DNA of 64,000 bases, taken from the NCBI GenBank assembly GCA_045106415.1, contig JBGCEP010000014.1:28460-92459 (forward strand). The letters run 5' to 3'. The position numbers and the translations under genes were made by a program. Under the pieces are notes generated by a model. It was not told where the DNA came from. It made no database searches and saw nothing but the letters and a program-made list of their open reading frames with translations. Positions 1 through 10,350 of the stretch are shown here, one piece after another (position 1 is the stretch's first letter; the number at the start of each line of letters is the position of its first letter). Source of the DNA: Oligoflexales bacterium (GTDB taxonomy: Bacteria; Bdellovibrionota_B; Oligoflexia; Oligoflexales; Bog-1112).

Positions 1-2125
1 CTATTATCGCGATCAAACAATGATGTTAGCTGCTGGTTTGACGACATTAGAACAGCAATTTGCACAACTTTATGCCGACCCTTTCCATGATGTTGCAACG
101 TCAGGTAGACAAATGAATGCACACTTTGCGACGCGCTTTATAGATACAGATGGAACATGGCTTTCTCAGAGAAATCAGATAAACTCAGCGGCTGACCTAT
201 CCCCAACAGCAGCTCAGATGATTAAAGCTCTTGGTCTTGCGTATGCTTCGAAAATTTATAAAGCTAAACAAACTCAAAATAATTTTACCCACAGTGGAAC
301 AGAAGTCACTTTTGCAACCATTGGTAATGCATCAACAAGTGAGGGTGTCTTCTGGGAAACTGTGAATGCGGCAGGTGTTTTACAAGTTCCTCTCGTCGTG
401 TCTGTTTGGGATGATGCATACGGTATTTCCGTATATCAAGATAAACAAACAACAAAAGGCAGTATTAGTGAAGTTTTATCTGGCTTTAAAAATACAAAAG
501 ATAAACATGATGGCTATAGAATTTTTACGGTGCAAGGGCATGACTATGCAGGCTTAAGATCTGTATACGAAGAAGCTGCAGAGTGGAGCAGAAAGCATCA
601 TAATCCTTGCCTTGTTCACGTTATAGAACTGACGCAACCCCAAGGGCATTCGACAAGCGGATCACATGAGCGATATAAATCAAATGCGCGCTTGGAATGG
701 GAAAAAGAGTGGGATGCGTTGAGGCAAATGCGTTTTTGGATTTTGAATAAAGGATACTCTACAGAAGCAGCCTTGGAGAAAAAAGAAAAAATTTGGTTAG
801 AAGAAGTTGAGAAGGCAAGAGAATATTCTTGGGAGAGGTTTCAAGAACCAGTACAAAAGAAGTGTGATTTTGCAAAAGATCTCTTACAAAAAACCGCTAA
901 AGATTGTGATGTTGATTGTCATGACTTACTTAATCGTTTAAATACACCGTCGGTTGGAATTAAAAATACAATCCAAGTTTTAAGACAAGCGTCTTGGCGG
1001 ATGGAAAACGATGATCTTCAAAGTTTTCTTCAAGAACTACAGGAAAGTTATCAGAATATTTATAGTCTTCATTTATGTACAGAACACAAGTCTTCACCAT
1101 TACTGGTAGAGCATATTCCAGCGCGTTTAAGTGATCAAAAAGTAGATGGTAGAGAAATACTGGTTCAATATTTTGATGGCCTTCTTAAAAAAGATGAGCG
1201 TGTTTTTGTGCTTGGAGAAGATGTTGGGCAACTCGGTGGAGTCAATCTGGAGTTTGAAGGCTTGCAAGAAAAACACGGAGATTTACGCGTAAGTGATACT
1301 GGAATTCGAGAAGCTACAATTCTTGGTCAGGGTTTTGGAGCTTCTATGCGGGGGCTTAAGCCTATCGTTGATATCCAGTATTTAGATTATTTACTTTACT
1401 GTTTACAATCCTTATCAGACGATGTTGCGACTTTACACTACCGAACAGCTGGTCGTCAGTCGGCTCCTGTGATTGTTCGCACAAAAGGTCATCGCCTTGA
1501 AGGGGTCTGGCATACAGGATCTCCTCTGGGAATGATTCTCCATGCTCTGCGAGGTATGCATGTTTGTGTTCCCAGAAATATGACTCAAGCTGCAGGTTTT
1601 TATCAAACTTTATTTCAAGGTGATGACCCAGCATTAGTTATTGAGGTGTTAAATGGTTATAGAGTTAAAGAACATATGCCGGAAAATTTAGGGGAATACA
1701 CTGTACCTTTAGGTCAATGTGAAGTTCTCACAAATGGCGATGATTTAACTCTAGTTACCTACGGTGCATGTGTTCGTATTGCATTGGAGGCTTCTCAAAT
1801 ATTAAAAGTGCAGGGGATCAGCGTTGAGGTTGTTGATGTGCAATGTCTGTTGCCGTTTGATCTTGATCATAGAATTGTTCACTCTATCCAAAAAACATCA
1901 CGTCTTTTGATTCTAGACGAGGATGTCCCCGGAGGGGCCAGCGCATATATGTTGCAAAAGATCTTGGAGGAACAGGGAGGTTTTGACTACCTTGATGAGC
2001 CAGTGAAAACTTTAACGGGTCAAGCTCATCGATCTGCATATGGGAGTGATGGTGATTATTTTTGTAAACCTAATGTGGAAGACGTATGTGAGGCAGCAGC
2101 TTCAATGTTAAGAGCTAATGGATAG
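1..2125 (+). CDS. Fused 2-oxoacid (probably branched-chain) dehydrogenase E1 alpha+beta subunit, 5'-truncated by the window edge
   Basis: Frame is open from position 2 (YYRDQTM). It has the TPP-binding region GNASTSEG...WDDAYGIS, the beta-subunit motifs GEDVGQLGGV and DTGIREATILG, and a transketolase C-terminal domain. Confidence 0.88.
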   Translation, partial: YYRDQTMMLAAGLTTLEQQFAQLYADPFHDVATSGRQMNAHFATRFIDTDGTWLSQRNQINSAADLSPTAAQMIKALGLAYASKIYKAKQTQNNFTHSGTEVTFATIGNASTSEGVFWETVNAAGVLQVPLVVSVWDDAYGISVYQDKQTTKGSISEVLSGFKNTKDKHDGYRIFTVQGHDYAGLRSVYEEAAEWSRKHHNPCLVHVIELTQPQGHSTSGSHERYKSNARLEWEKEWDALRQMRFWILNKGYSTEAALEKKEKIWLEEVEKAREYSWERFQEPVQKKCDFAKDLLQKTAKDCDVDCHDLLNRLNTPSVGIKNTIQVLRQASWRMENDDLQSFLQELQESYQNIYSLHLCTEHKSSPLLVEHIPARLSDQKVDGREILVQYFDGLLKKDERVFVLGEDVGQLGGVNLEFEGLQEKHGDLRVSDTGIREATILGQGFGASMRGLKPIVDIQYLDYLLYCLQSLSDDVATLHYRTAGRQSAPVIVRTKGHRLEGVWHTGSPLGMILHALRGMHVCVPRNMTQAAGFYQTLFQGDDPALVIEVLNGYRVKEHMPENLGEYTVPLGQCEVLTNGDDLTLVTYGACVRIALEASQILKVQGISVEVVDVQCLLPFDLDHRIVHSIQKTSRLLILDEDVPGGASAYMLQKILEEQGGFDYLDEPVKTLTGQAHRSAYGSDGDYFCKPNVEDVCEAAASMLRANG

Positions 2126-2141
2126 ATTTTTCATCAAATTC

Positions 2142-2175
2142 TTAATAAATAGATGCTTTAAGTATCTGTTATTAA
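2142..2175 (+). terminator. Imperfect hairpin after the E1 gene, possible intrinsic terminator
   Basis: TTAATAA(A)TAGATGCT-TTA-AGTATCTG-TTATTAA inverted repeat with G-U pairs, followed by T-rich sequence. The stem is AT-rich and weak. Confidence 0.35.
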
Positions 2176-2240
2176 ATGGTTTAATTTGTTTTTAAGTTTT
2201 TGTCGTGAAATATATAAAGACTCGTATATGATTCACTCAA

Positions 2241-2398
2241 CTTACCTTAAGGGCGTTGTTTTGAAAGACAAAATGATTCAGTAGCGTTGTATCATACCTG
2301 GCAGCTCAGCCCTTATGTCCTCATGTTTTGCTTACCTTTTCCGTATACAACGCTTTCATTTTAGATCTTTTCATGTGAGCATGCGTAAGCATGCTCGC
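2241..2398. ncRNA. Candidate structured non-coding RNA (family not recognised)
   Basis: Nested inverted repeats: AGCGTTGTAT 2283-2292 / ATACAACGCT 2345-2354, AAAATGA 2270-2276 / TCATTTT 2356-2362, and TGAAAGA 2262-2268 / TCTTTTCA 2366-2373. TAAGGGC 2248-2254 is complementary to GCCCTTA 2309-2315. A GTAA-loop hairpin sits at 2375-2398. Confidence 0.4.
2375..2398. terminator. GC-rich hairpin GTGAGCATGC-GTAA-GCATGCTCGC at the pabB 3' end
   Basis: Perfect 8-bp core with a GNRA tetraloop on the + strand. It lies immediately next to the pabB stop and is followed on + by TTAATTTT. Confidence 0.55.
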
Positions 2399-3529
2399 TT
2401 AATTTTTACTCTGCATGACTGATTCACATTTAAGTTTAATTTCATCAAGTTCTTCCTGAGGTAAACTTCTTAGAGTGAGCCCACCACCTGCGGCATATGC
2501 CCAAGAATTTTGTTCTTGTACGAGTGTTCGTATGAGGATGTTTGATTCTAAAATATGTGCATCATCCCAATAAAAAATATGTCCCATAAAGTATTTCCTA
2601 GATGCCGTTTCATATTCTTTTATGGCTTTCATGACTTCATTCTTTGGGGTCCCTGTAATAGATCCACCGGGGCACATTGATTGAAAAAGCTTATTGAACG
2701 AAAAAGGCCTTAAAGAGGAAGAGATTTTTGCAATATTGTGGTGAATATCAGAGAATGATGAAATTTTTCCTGGACAGAGGACTTTGACGCTTCGTGGTGT
2801 GCTGACGATATTCATATCGTTTCTCATAAGATCAACAATCATATGGAGCTCTGCTTGTTCTTTACGAGAGTGAAGTAAACTGATTTTTTGTTGGTAGTCT
2901 TTGAGGGGGTCATGATGTCGCGGTCGGGTGCCTTTAATGGGCCATGTAGTCATTTTATAATCTTGAGAAGATTGTGGAGCGATGTGTAAAAAGCGCTCAG
3001 GGGAAAACGAGGCAACTTCTAGATTAGGCACACGGCACCATGCCGACCAAGGACCTCCTTGTCTAGAAAATTTTTGAATGATTTCCTTCTGTTTTATATC
3101 ATGAAGGATTTTAAAAAATCGTATGATATTGATTTGATAGTAGCGGCCATTTTTGATGTCATTCAGAACGTGTTCTACTGTGTTGAGGTAATTGTCGTCA
3201 CTATCTTGAGCCTTAAGTGTCCAGCGAGGAGTTTGAGGCTTCCACGTTGGGATGTGGGTATGGTGTGTCATGGAGTTCAAACGAAAAATTCGAATGGAAT
3301 GTTGAGTTGAAGAATCAAAGGCATTGTATGGTATGAGGCCGAGATATCCGCCTTGATAAGGCGTGAGCCTGGCTTCTTGTGGTGACCAAACTTTGTTTAA
3401 AAAGTCGTGAGAAGGGATTTCTGTGAAATCGTGAGTTTGAATCGATTGATGATCCATTCTAAACCAGAGTGTGGGCTTTGACGCAGGAATGTTTGAGAGT
3501 TGCAACCAATAAGGCGGAGTTGTTGGCAT
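2399..3529 (-). CDS. pabB: Chorismate-binding enzyme, aminodeoxychorismate synthase component I (PabB)-like
   Basis: Motifs SFSPERFL, PIKGTRPR, KEQAELHMIVDLMRND, PGGSITGTPK, NILIRT and AGGG. The N-terminal part is short. Confidence 0.78.
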   Translation of the reverse strand: MPTTPPYWLQLSNIPASKPTLWFRMDHQSIQTHDFTEIPSHDFLNKVWSPQEARLTPYQGGYLGLIPYNAFDSSTQHSIRIFRLNSMTHHTHIPTWKPQTPRWTLKAQDSDDNYLNTVEHVLNDIKNGRYYQINIIRFFKILHDIKQKEIIQKFSRQGGPWSAWCRVPNLEVASFSPERFLHIAPQSSQDYKMTTWPIKGTRPRHHDPLKDYQQKISLLHSRKEQAELHMIVDLMRNDMNIVSTPRSVKVLCPGKISSFSDIHHNIAKISSSLRPFSFNKLFQSMCPGGSITGTPKNEVMKAIKEYETASRKYFMGHIFYWDDAHILESNILIRTLVQEQNSWAYAAGGGLTLRSLPQEELDEIKLKCESVMQSKN

Positions 3530-3613
3530 AAAGGGCTCTTGAGTAAGGTTTCACCAATGGCGCAGATATATTATGGTGAGCTCATAGTTTCAAGTTTATT
3601 GACGGGGGATTCT

Positions 3614-4459
3614 GTGGGTTTTCATAAAATTGGTGTTGTTGGTGCTGGGCAGATGGGGGCAGGAATTGCACAAGTTGCAGCAACTGCAGGATATGATGTC
3701 TGTTTAATGGATCAGAGTGCAAATCAGCTTAGTCTTGCTATGAATGGAATTTGTAAGTCGACAGAAAAGTTAGAGTTAAAAGGTCGATTGAAAAATGCCA
3801 AAGAAATTCAATCCCGAGTCAAAATGACTGGAGAAATAAAAGAAGTCGCAGCCTGTGACTTGGTGATTGAAGCCATCGTGGAAAATGAAGAAGCAAAAGT
3901 AGGTTTGTTTCAGCGGTTATCTGAATTTGCAAAAGAGTCCACGGTGTTTGCAAGTAATACATCCTCTATATCGATTACTCGCTTAGGCAGACAAAGTGGT
4001 CGACCTCGCCAATTTATCGGCCTTCATTTTATGAACCCTGTTCCCCTCATGAAGCTTGTTGAGGTGATCGTGTCTGATGCCACAGACCCCGCGGTTGTAA
4101 GTCAGAGCCATGATTTGGTGAAAAAAATGGATAAGATTGTTGTGCAAAGCCTTGATTATCCAGGTTTTGTGGTTAATCGCATTCTGATGCCAATGATTAA
4201 TGAAGCTTTTCAAACGTGGCAAGAAGGGGTTGCAAGTCCTGAAGGTATTGATCAAGCTATGAAACTTGGAACGAATCAACCGATGGGCCCTTTAGAATTA
4301 GCTGATTTTATTGGCCTTGATACTTGCTTGTCGATTTTACGAGTGCTTCATCATGGTTTTGGAGACCCTCGTTATCGACCTTCGGCACGTTTAGTACAAC
4401 TTGTGGATGCAGGTTGGCATGGAAAAAAATCAGGTCGAGGTGTTTATACGTATTCTTGA
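3614..4459 (+). CDS. hbd: 3-hydroxybutyryl-CoA dehydrogenase
   Basis: GAGQMGAGIAQ Rossmann motif plus SNTSSISIT, HFMNPVP, PGFVVNR and PMGPLELADFIGLD. GTG start at 3614 after a GGGGGA RBS. Confidence 0.92.
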   Translation: MGFHKIGVVGAGQMGAGIAQVAATAGYDVCLMDQSANQLSLAMNGICKSTEKLELKGRLKNAKEIQSRVKMTGEIKEVAACDLVIEAIVENEEAKVGLFQRLSEFAKESTVFASNTSSISITRLGRQSGRPRQFIGLHFMNPVPLMKLVEVIVSDATDPAVVSQSHDLVKKMDKIVVQSLDYPGFVVNRILMPMINEAFQTWQEGVASPEGIDQAMKLGTNQPMGPLELADFIGLDTCLSILRVLHHGFGDPRYRPSARLVQLVDAGWHGKKSGRGVYTYS

Positions 4460-4609
4460 GTTTTATGACTTGTGATTTGGTAGAGTCGTTATTTCATGAG
4501 ATCCTTGACTGTTCCTTGGGAAGTGACTATCAAGTGTGTAGACTTCCTGCTAGAGACTTCACCATAAGTCCGTAAGGATTTGCTTCGTATCCATATGAAA
4601 GGACATAAC

Positions 4610-5185
4610 ATGCGATCTGTAATTAAAAGAGCCCAAAAAGATTGGGGTCGGATGCAAAAAGTATTGGAAGAAGAAAAAGCTAAGATGATTCAACGTGTGA
4701 ATCTCGATGATATCCGTAGTGAGCTAGAGCTTCGAGCCAAGAAGTTAGAGCAACAAGTTGGAGAAACAGTGAAGCAACTTGAACCAACTTGCCAAAAAGT
4801 TGTTGAGGGTTTGCGTAAAAATGCGGAGAAAGTCGGTATTGATGTGGAAAAAGTTGAAGAAGTTTTAAAAGAGAGCGTTGCTACAGCTCGTGAAACTTTA
4901 GGAATAGTCGGGAGTTTGACATCAACGCCGAAGAAGACATCAAAACGCAAAAGCGTCCGTAAAGGAACATCGGGACCTTCTGCTGTAAAGTCAAATAAGA
5001 AAGTTGCAAAGAAAGTAACTAAGAAAGTTGCAAAAAAAGTAGCTAAGAAAACAACAACACCAAAAGCTGTAAAAAAAGAGACGCAAACGGCAACGAGCGC
5101 AGCCACTCAGAAACAAGTGAAATCTTCAGCGGAACCAATTTCAAATAATCGTGGGACCGTGAAGGCAAAGATGACTTTATCTTAG
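4610..5185 (+). CDS. Coiled-coil protein with histone H1-like Lys/Ala-rich C-terminal tail (PhaF/HC2-like architecture)
   Basis: N-terminal amphipathic/coiled-coil helix, then KKVAKKVTKKVAKKVAKK repeats. ATG at 4610 after AAAGGA. Confidence 0.65.
   Translation: MRSVIKRAQKDWGRMQKVLEEEKAKMIQRVNLDDIRSELELRAKKLEQQVGETVKQLEPTCQKVVEGLRKNAEKVGIDVEKVEEVLKESVATARETLGIVGSLTSTPKKTSKRKSVRKGTSGPSAVKSNKKVAKKVTKKVAKKVAKKTTTPKAVKKETQTATSAATQKQVKSSAEPISNNRGTVKAKMTLS
4997..5056 (+). repeat. 12-bp degenerate tandem coding repeat (KKVA/KKVT units)
   Basis: AAGAAAGTTGCA AAGAAAGTAACT AAGAAAGTTGCA AAAAAAGTAGCT AAGAAAACAACA. Confidence 0.75.
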
Positions 5186-5240
5186 TGATTTTTTGTTATG
5201 CTAACCAGGGAGTTTTTTGCTCTCTGGTTTTTTAGGTTAT

Positions 5241-6263
5241 GTGAATATATTGAATTCTTCTCAACAAAAAAAATTTCAACAAAAACTTATGTCTTGGTAT
5301 GCAAATCATAAAGAGCAGCATCCTTGGCGTGTGCTTTGGGAAAAAACACAAGACCCTTACGTAGTATGGCTAAGTGAGGTCATGCTCCAGCAAACCACAA
5401 TTCAAGCAGTGACACCTGCGTATGTGCGTTTTTTGAATGTTTTTCCTACGGTTCAAGATTTATCAAATGCTTCAGAGAATCTTGTTAGAGAGACTGTAAA
5501 AGGATTGGGTTATTATCGAAGGTTTGGTTTTTTACATAAAGCAGCACAAATTGTGGTGGAGCAAAAGTCTTGGCCTCAAACCTACAAACAGTGGTTAGAT
5601 TTGCCTGGAGTTGGTGAGTATACAGCGGCAGCGGTGAGTAGTATTGTGTTTGGCGAGCGAGTTGGGGTGATTGACGGAAATGTACAAAGAGTGTTTTCTC
5701 GTCTGTTAAATAAGGACATTCATCCTCTTGTGTTTTTTAAGAAAAATCTTCAAATTTTACTGAATGAAATGATTGATGAGGAAAAACCGGGAGATTTTAA
5801 TCAAGGACTGATGGAGCTGGGACAAAAAATTTGCAGGCCACAAGAGCCAAAGTGTCATGAGTGCCCGGTGGTTACTTTGTGTGAAGGAAAAAAAGCACAT
5901 CGCCAGCTTGAAATTCCAACTCCAGTGAAAAGAAAAGCTGCTGTTGCAGTTGCGCTACAGTTAGTTATTGTTCGAAAAAAACATAAGCAAGGTTGGTTGT
6001 ATGGTTTAAAGGTTCGTGAAAATGCAGAGCGCTTTTTGAAAGGGACAAGAGGCTTTTTGTTATCTGAAAATTTTAAGCCTCAAAAAGACAGCCAAATTAT
6101 AGGAAGTATAAAGCATAGTATTACCCATCATAAGATTGAGGCTCAAGTCTATGTTCAACAGCAGTCGGTAGAAGAAATGGAATGGTTTCAGGTCGATGAT
6201 CTAGAGAAGAAATTAGTGTCTTCTCTAGATCAAAAAGCTTGGAATCTTTTCACAAAAAAATGA
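5241..6263 (+). CDS. mutY: A/G-specific adenine glycosylase MutY
   Basis: WLSEVMLQQT, GLGYYRR, HhH motif LPGVGEYTA, DGNVQRV and the FeS cluster C-x6-C-xx-C-x5-C. Start position uncertain (5217-5250). Confidence 0.92.
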   Translation: MNILNSSQQKKFQQKLMSWYANHKEQHPWRVLWEKTQDPYVVWLSEVMLQQTTIQAVTPAYVRFLNVFPTVQDLSNASENLVRETVKGLGYYRRFGFLHKAAQIVVEQKSWPQTYKQWLDLPGVGEYTAAAVSSIVFGERVGVIDGNVQRVFSRLLNKDIHPLVFFKKNLQILLNEMIDEEKPGDFNQGLMELGQKICRPQEPKCHECPVVTLCEGKKAHRQLEIPTPVKRKAAVAVALQLVIVRKKHKQGWLYGLKVRENAERFLKGTRGFLLSENFKPQKDSQIIGSIKHSITHHKIEAQVYVQQQSVEEMEWFQVDDLEKKLVSSLDQKAWNLFTKK

Positions 6264-6274
6264 AATAATGATTA

Positions 6275-7792
6275 TTATTTAGTGAATGCTTCTTTATGGT
6301 TGAGGCAACACTCAGCCATGGTTCGCATCCCAAAAGCAGAACCACCTTGAGCTGGGAACCCTGTAGCACGACAACTCCATGCCGTTCCAGCAATATCAAT
6401 ATGCGCCCATGGTGTATCGCCAACGAAACGGCTTAAAAAGACACCTGCGGTGATTGTTCCAGCTTTTGTGGCTGGTGAGGTGATGTTTTTTACATCGGCA
6501 ATTTTTGAGTCAAGCTCTTGATTCAGTTCAGGCCACATAGGAAGTTGCCACATGGGTTCTCCTGCATGTTCTGATGTTTGTAAAACGTGATTGGCCATAG
6601 CGGAGTGGTTGGAAATAACAGCGGATCCAGCGCTACCTAAAGCCATGAGTACAGCTCCTGTTAAGGTTGCTGCGTCAATGACAAACTCAGGGTTGTATTG
6701 GCTAATACCATAATGAAGAAGATCTACAAGAACGAGACGCCCTTCTGCATCAGTGTTGAGGATTTCAATTGTGTCACCTTTCATTGTTGTGACAACATCA
6801 CCGGGTCTTGTTGCAGAACTACCTGGCATGTTTTCAACAGCACCAATGATACAAACAACATTTGTAGGAGGTTTGATTTGTGCAAGGGCAGCAGCTGCTC
6901 CTAGAACATTAGCGCCACCACACATATCGTACTTCATTTCATCCATGGAGCCAGCTGGTTTAAGGCTAATGCCCCCGCTGTCAAAAGTTAAACCTTTTCC
7001 TACGAGGCATACAGTACGTGATGTATCATAGCCATCGATTTCAAATGTAATGAGTTTTGGATCAGGAAGAGCTCCTTTGGCGACTGAGTGAAAACCGCCC
7101 ATTCCCATCTTTCGGATGTCCTCTCGGCCTTGAATTTTAAGTTTTCCACCAAAATTTTTCGCAATAAATTCTGCAGCCTCTGCAAATTTTTCTGAATGAA
7201 ACCAGTTTGGAGGAGCATCACCCATGACGCGAGTTAAAATAGAAGCTCTTGCAAAGGCAAGAGTTTCATTCCAAGTCTTTTCTGTTGTCTTTATGTCTTC
7301 CCAGACGCAAAGGCAGTCTGTGTGTGTGAGTGAAGAAGTTTGTTTTTTAAAGGGCTCGTATTGATAGAGGCCTTGAATCCATCCTTCGACGAGTCCTGTT
7401 GTTGGGATGTCTTCAGAATTACAAAAAATGACAGATTTAGGAGAAAATGATTTGAGCAGAGCTGCGATTTGCAAGCCTAAATCTCTTGCTTTTCGAAGAG
7501 GAGAAACGTCTAGTTTTGTTGGGCTCACTAAAAGCCAGTTTTGTTTTCCGTGTTGAATGACAACAGGTTTTTTTCCACCCCAGCCTAAAGATTCAGCTTG
7601 GCTTTGAAGTGTTTGACAAAGACTTGCGCCAATATGTTTTGAAGTGACTTCAATCTTATTGTCCTTGCTTTGTGCTATGGCTACATGAAAAGAATTGTCT
7701 TGTGGAGCTGAAATTTCGTTGATTTTGAGGGTCTCAAGGTGTTTCCAGACGCTCGGAAGCATATCTTCGAACTTTGCATTTTCTTTTTGCAT
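6275..7792 (-). CDS. pepA: M17 leucyl aminopeptidase
   Basis: VGKGLTFDSGG, MKYDMCG, NTDAEGRLVL, ATLTGA and WAHIDIAG. An AGGAG RBS precedes the ATG at 7792. Confidence 0.93.
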   Translation of the reverse strand: MQKENAKFEDMLPSVWKHLETLKINEISAPQDNSFHVAIAQSKDNKIEVTSKHIGASLCQTLQSQAESLGWGGKKPVVIQHGKQNWLLVSPTKLDVSPLRKARDLGLQIAALLKSFSPKSVIFCNSEDIPTTGLVEGWIQGLYQYEPFKKQTSSLTHTDCLCVWEDIKTTEKTWNETLAFARASILTRVMGDAPPNWFHSEKFAEAAEFIAKNFGGKLKIQGREDIRKMGMGGFHSVAKGALPDPKLITFEIDGYDTSRTVCLVGKGLTFDSGGISLKPAGSMDEMKYDMCGGANVLGAAAALAQIKPPTNVVCIIGAVENMPGSSATRPGDVVTTMKGDTIEILNTDAEGRLVLVDLLHYGISQYNPEFVIDAATLTGAVLMALGSAGSAVISNHSAMANHVLQTSEHAGEPMWQLPMWPELNQELDSKIADVKNITSPATKAGTITAGVFLSRFVGDTPWAHIDIAGTAWSCRATGFPAQGGSAFGMRTMAECCLNHKEAFTK

Positions 7793-7956
7793 GCATGGCT
7801 CCTTTTGTAGGGTTGAGAGCAATTTGCTCTGTGTTGATCGTGTTTCATAAAACAAAAAAGAGTGCTATCAATAGACTCTTTTCTATTTTGCTTTGTAAGG
7901 ACTGCTAAGTCTATCAAAATAAGTTATTATGACGGAGCAAAAGGTCTCAATGATAG

Positions 7957-9260
<1,304 letters not shown>

Positions 9261-9261
<1 letters not shown>

Positions 9262-10199
9262 TGAGCCCCCTTTTTTTTCTTTTATACAGTTATTTTTTTT
9301 GGAAAACACTGGACTTAGAGGTTGAGCTTGATGGGGAGAGGCTTGTTAAAAATTTAAAATTTTTAACATCAGCCCCTCATCCTCTAGGGTCGGCGAAACA
9401 AGAGAAAATAGCTCAATGGCTCACAGGCAATATTGCTAATAGTTGGGATGTTGAAACGCAGGTTTTTTTTGCTGACACGCCTAATCCGCAAGTGTTTGAA
9501 ACATTAGCCCCAGTACCAATTTCCTATGAAAAAAAAGGATATAATATTATAGCTTCTCAAATAGGGAGAGAAGACTGCTGGATTTTTGTGGGTTCACATT
9601 ACGATACAAAGATAGTACCAAATACTTCTTATGTAGGTGCAAATGATGGAGCATCAACAACAGCTTTGCTTTTAGAATTGAGTCATGTTTTGCAGGCTGA
9701 TCGATGTGGTCTTGTGCTTTTATGGTTTGATGGGGAAGAGCCTGTTTTAAAAGGTTGGAGTGATGGAGAGCATAAACACCCACTTGCGCAGCCTGATCAT
9801 ACATACGGAAGTCGATCTTTTATTACAAATAAAACAAAAAAATGCGGTAGGCATAGGTGTTTTCAGAATAAGCCCATCGAGTCTTTTATTCTTTTGGATA
9901 TGCTTGGATCTTCGCAATTAAAACTTACGCAAGATTTGCACTCATCTCCCAAACTGGTAAATAAAATGATAAAGCATGCAAGGGATTTGCAAATTGATGT
10001 TGGTTTTGAAGCACCAGTTGAGGATGATCATATTCCATTTCTGCAGGCAGGAATCCCTTCTGTGAATATGATTGATTTTCATAATATTCGTTATTGGCAT
10101 AGAGAAGGTGACACTTTAGACACACTCTCTATGATAAGTTTAAAGAAATCTTTTCGATTGGCCTTTCGAATGGTTGCTGATGAGCAAGGTCAGCTGTGA
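9261..10199 (+). CDS. M28-family zinc peptidase / glutaminyl-cyclase-like protein with N-terminal anchor
   Basis: SHYDTK, GANDGAS, FDGEE, LLDM, EDDHIPF and YWH..DT. The ATG overlaps the eno stop (TAATG). Confidence 0.8.
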
Positions 10200-10350
10200 T
10201 GTTTTGTGAGATCCTAAATTTTCCTTGAAGAGAATATAATTTTCGAAGACTTGTATTTACGTCTTTTTGCTTTAACGATTGTTTTTATTTATGAAATGAA
10301 AAAAAACATCCGATCTTTATAGTGATAATCCTCGTACAAGGATAAAGATA

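Noticed and set aside
2228..2284. 18-codon ORF MIHSTYLKGVVLKDKMIQ in the structured intergenic region
   Set aside because: No RBS, and no downstream co-oriented gene to attenuate. The RNA structure explains the region better.
4690..5106. 138-aa hydrophobic antisense ORF
   Set aside because: It is the mirror of the Lys-rich repeat gene: AAA/AAG codons read as Phe/Leu on the other strand.
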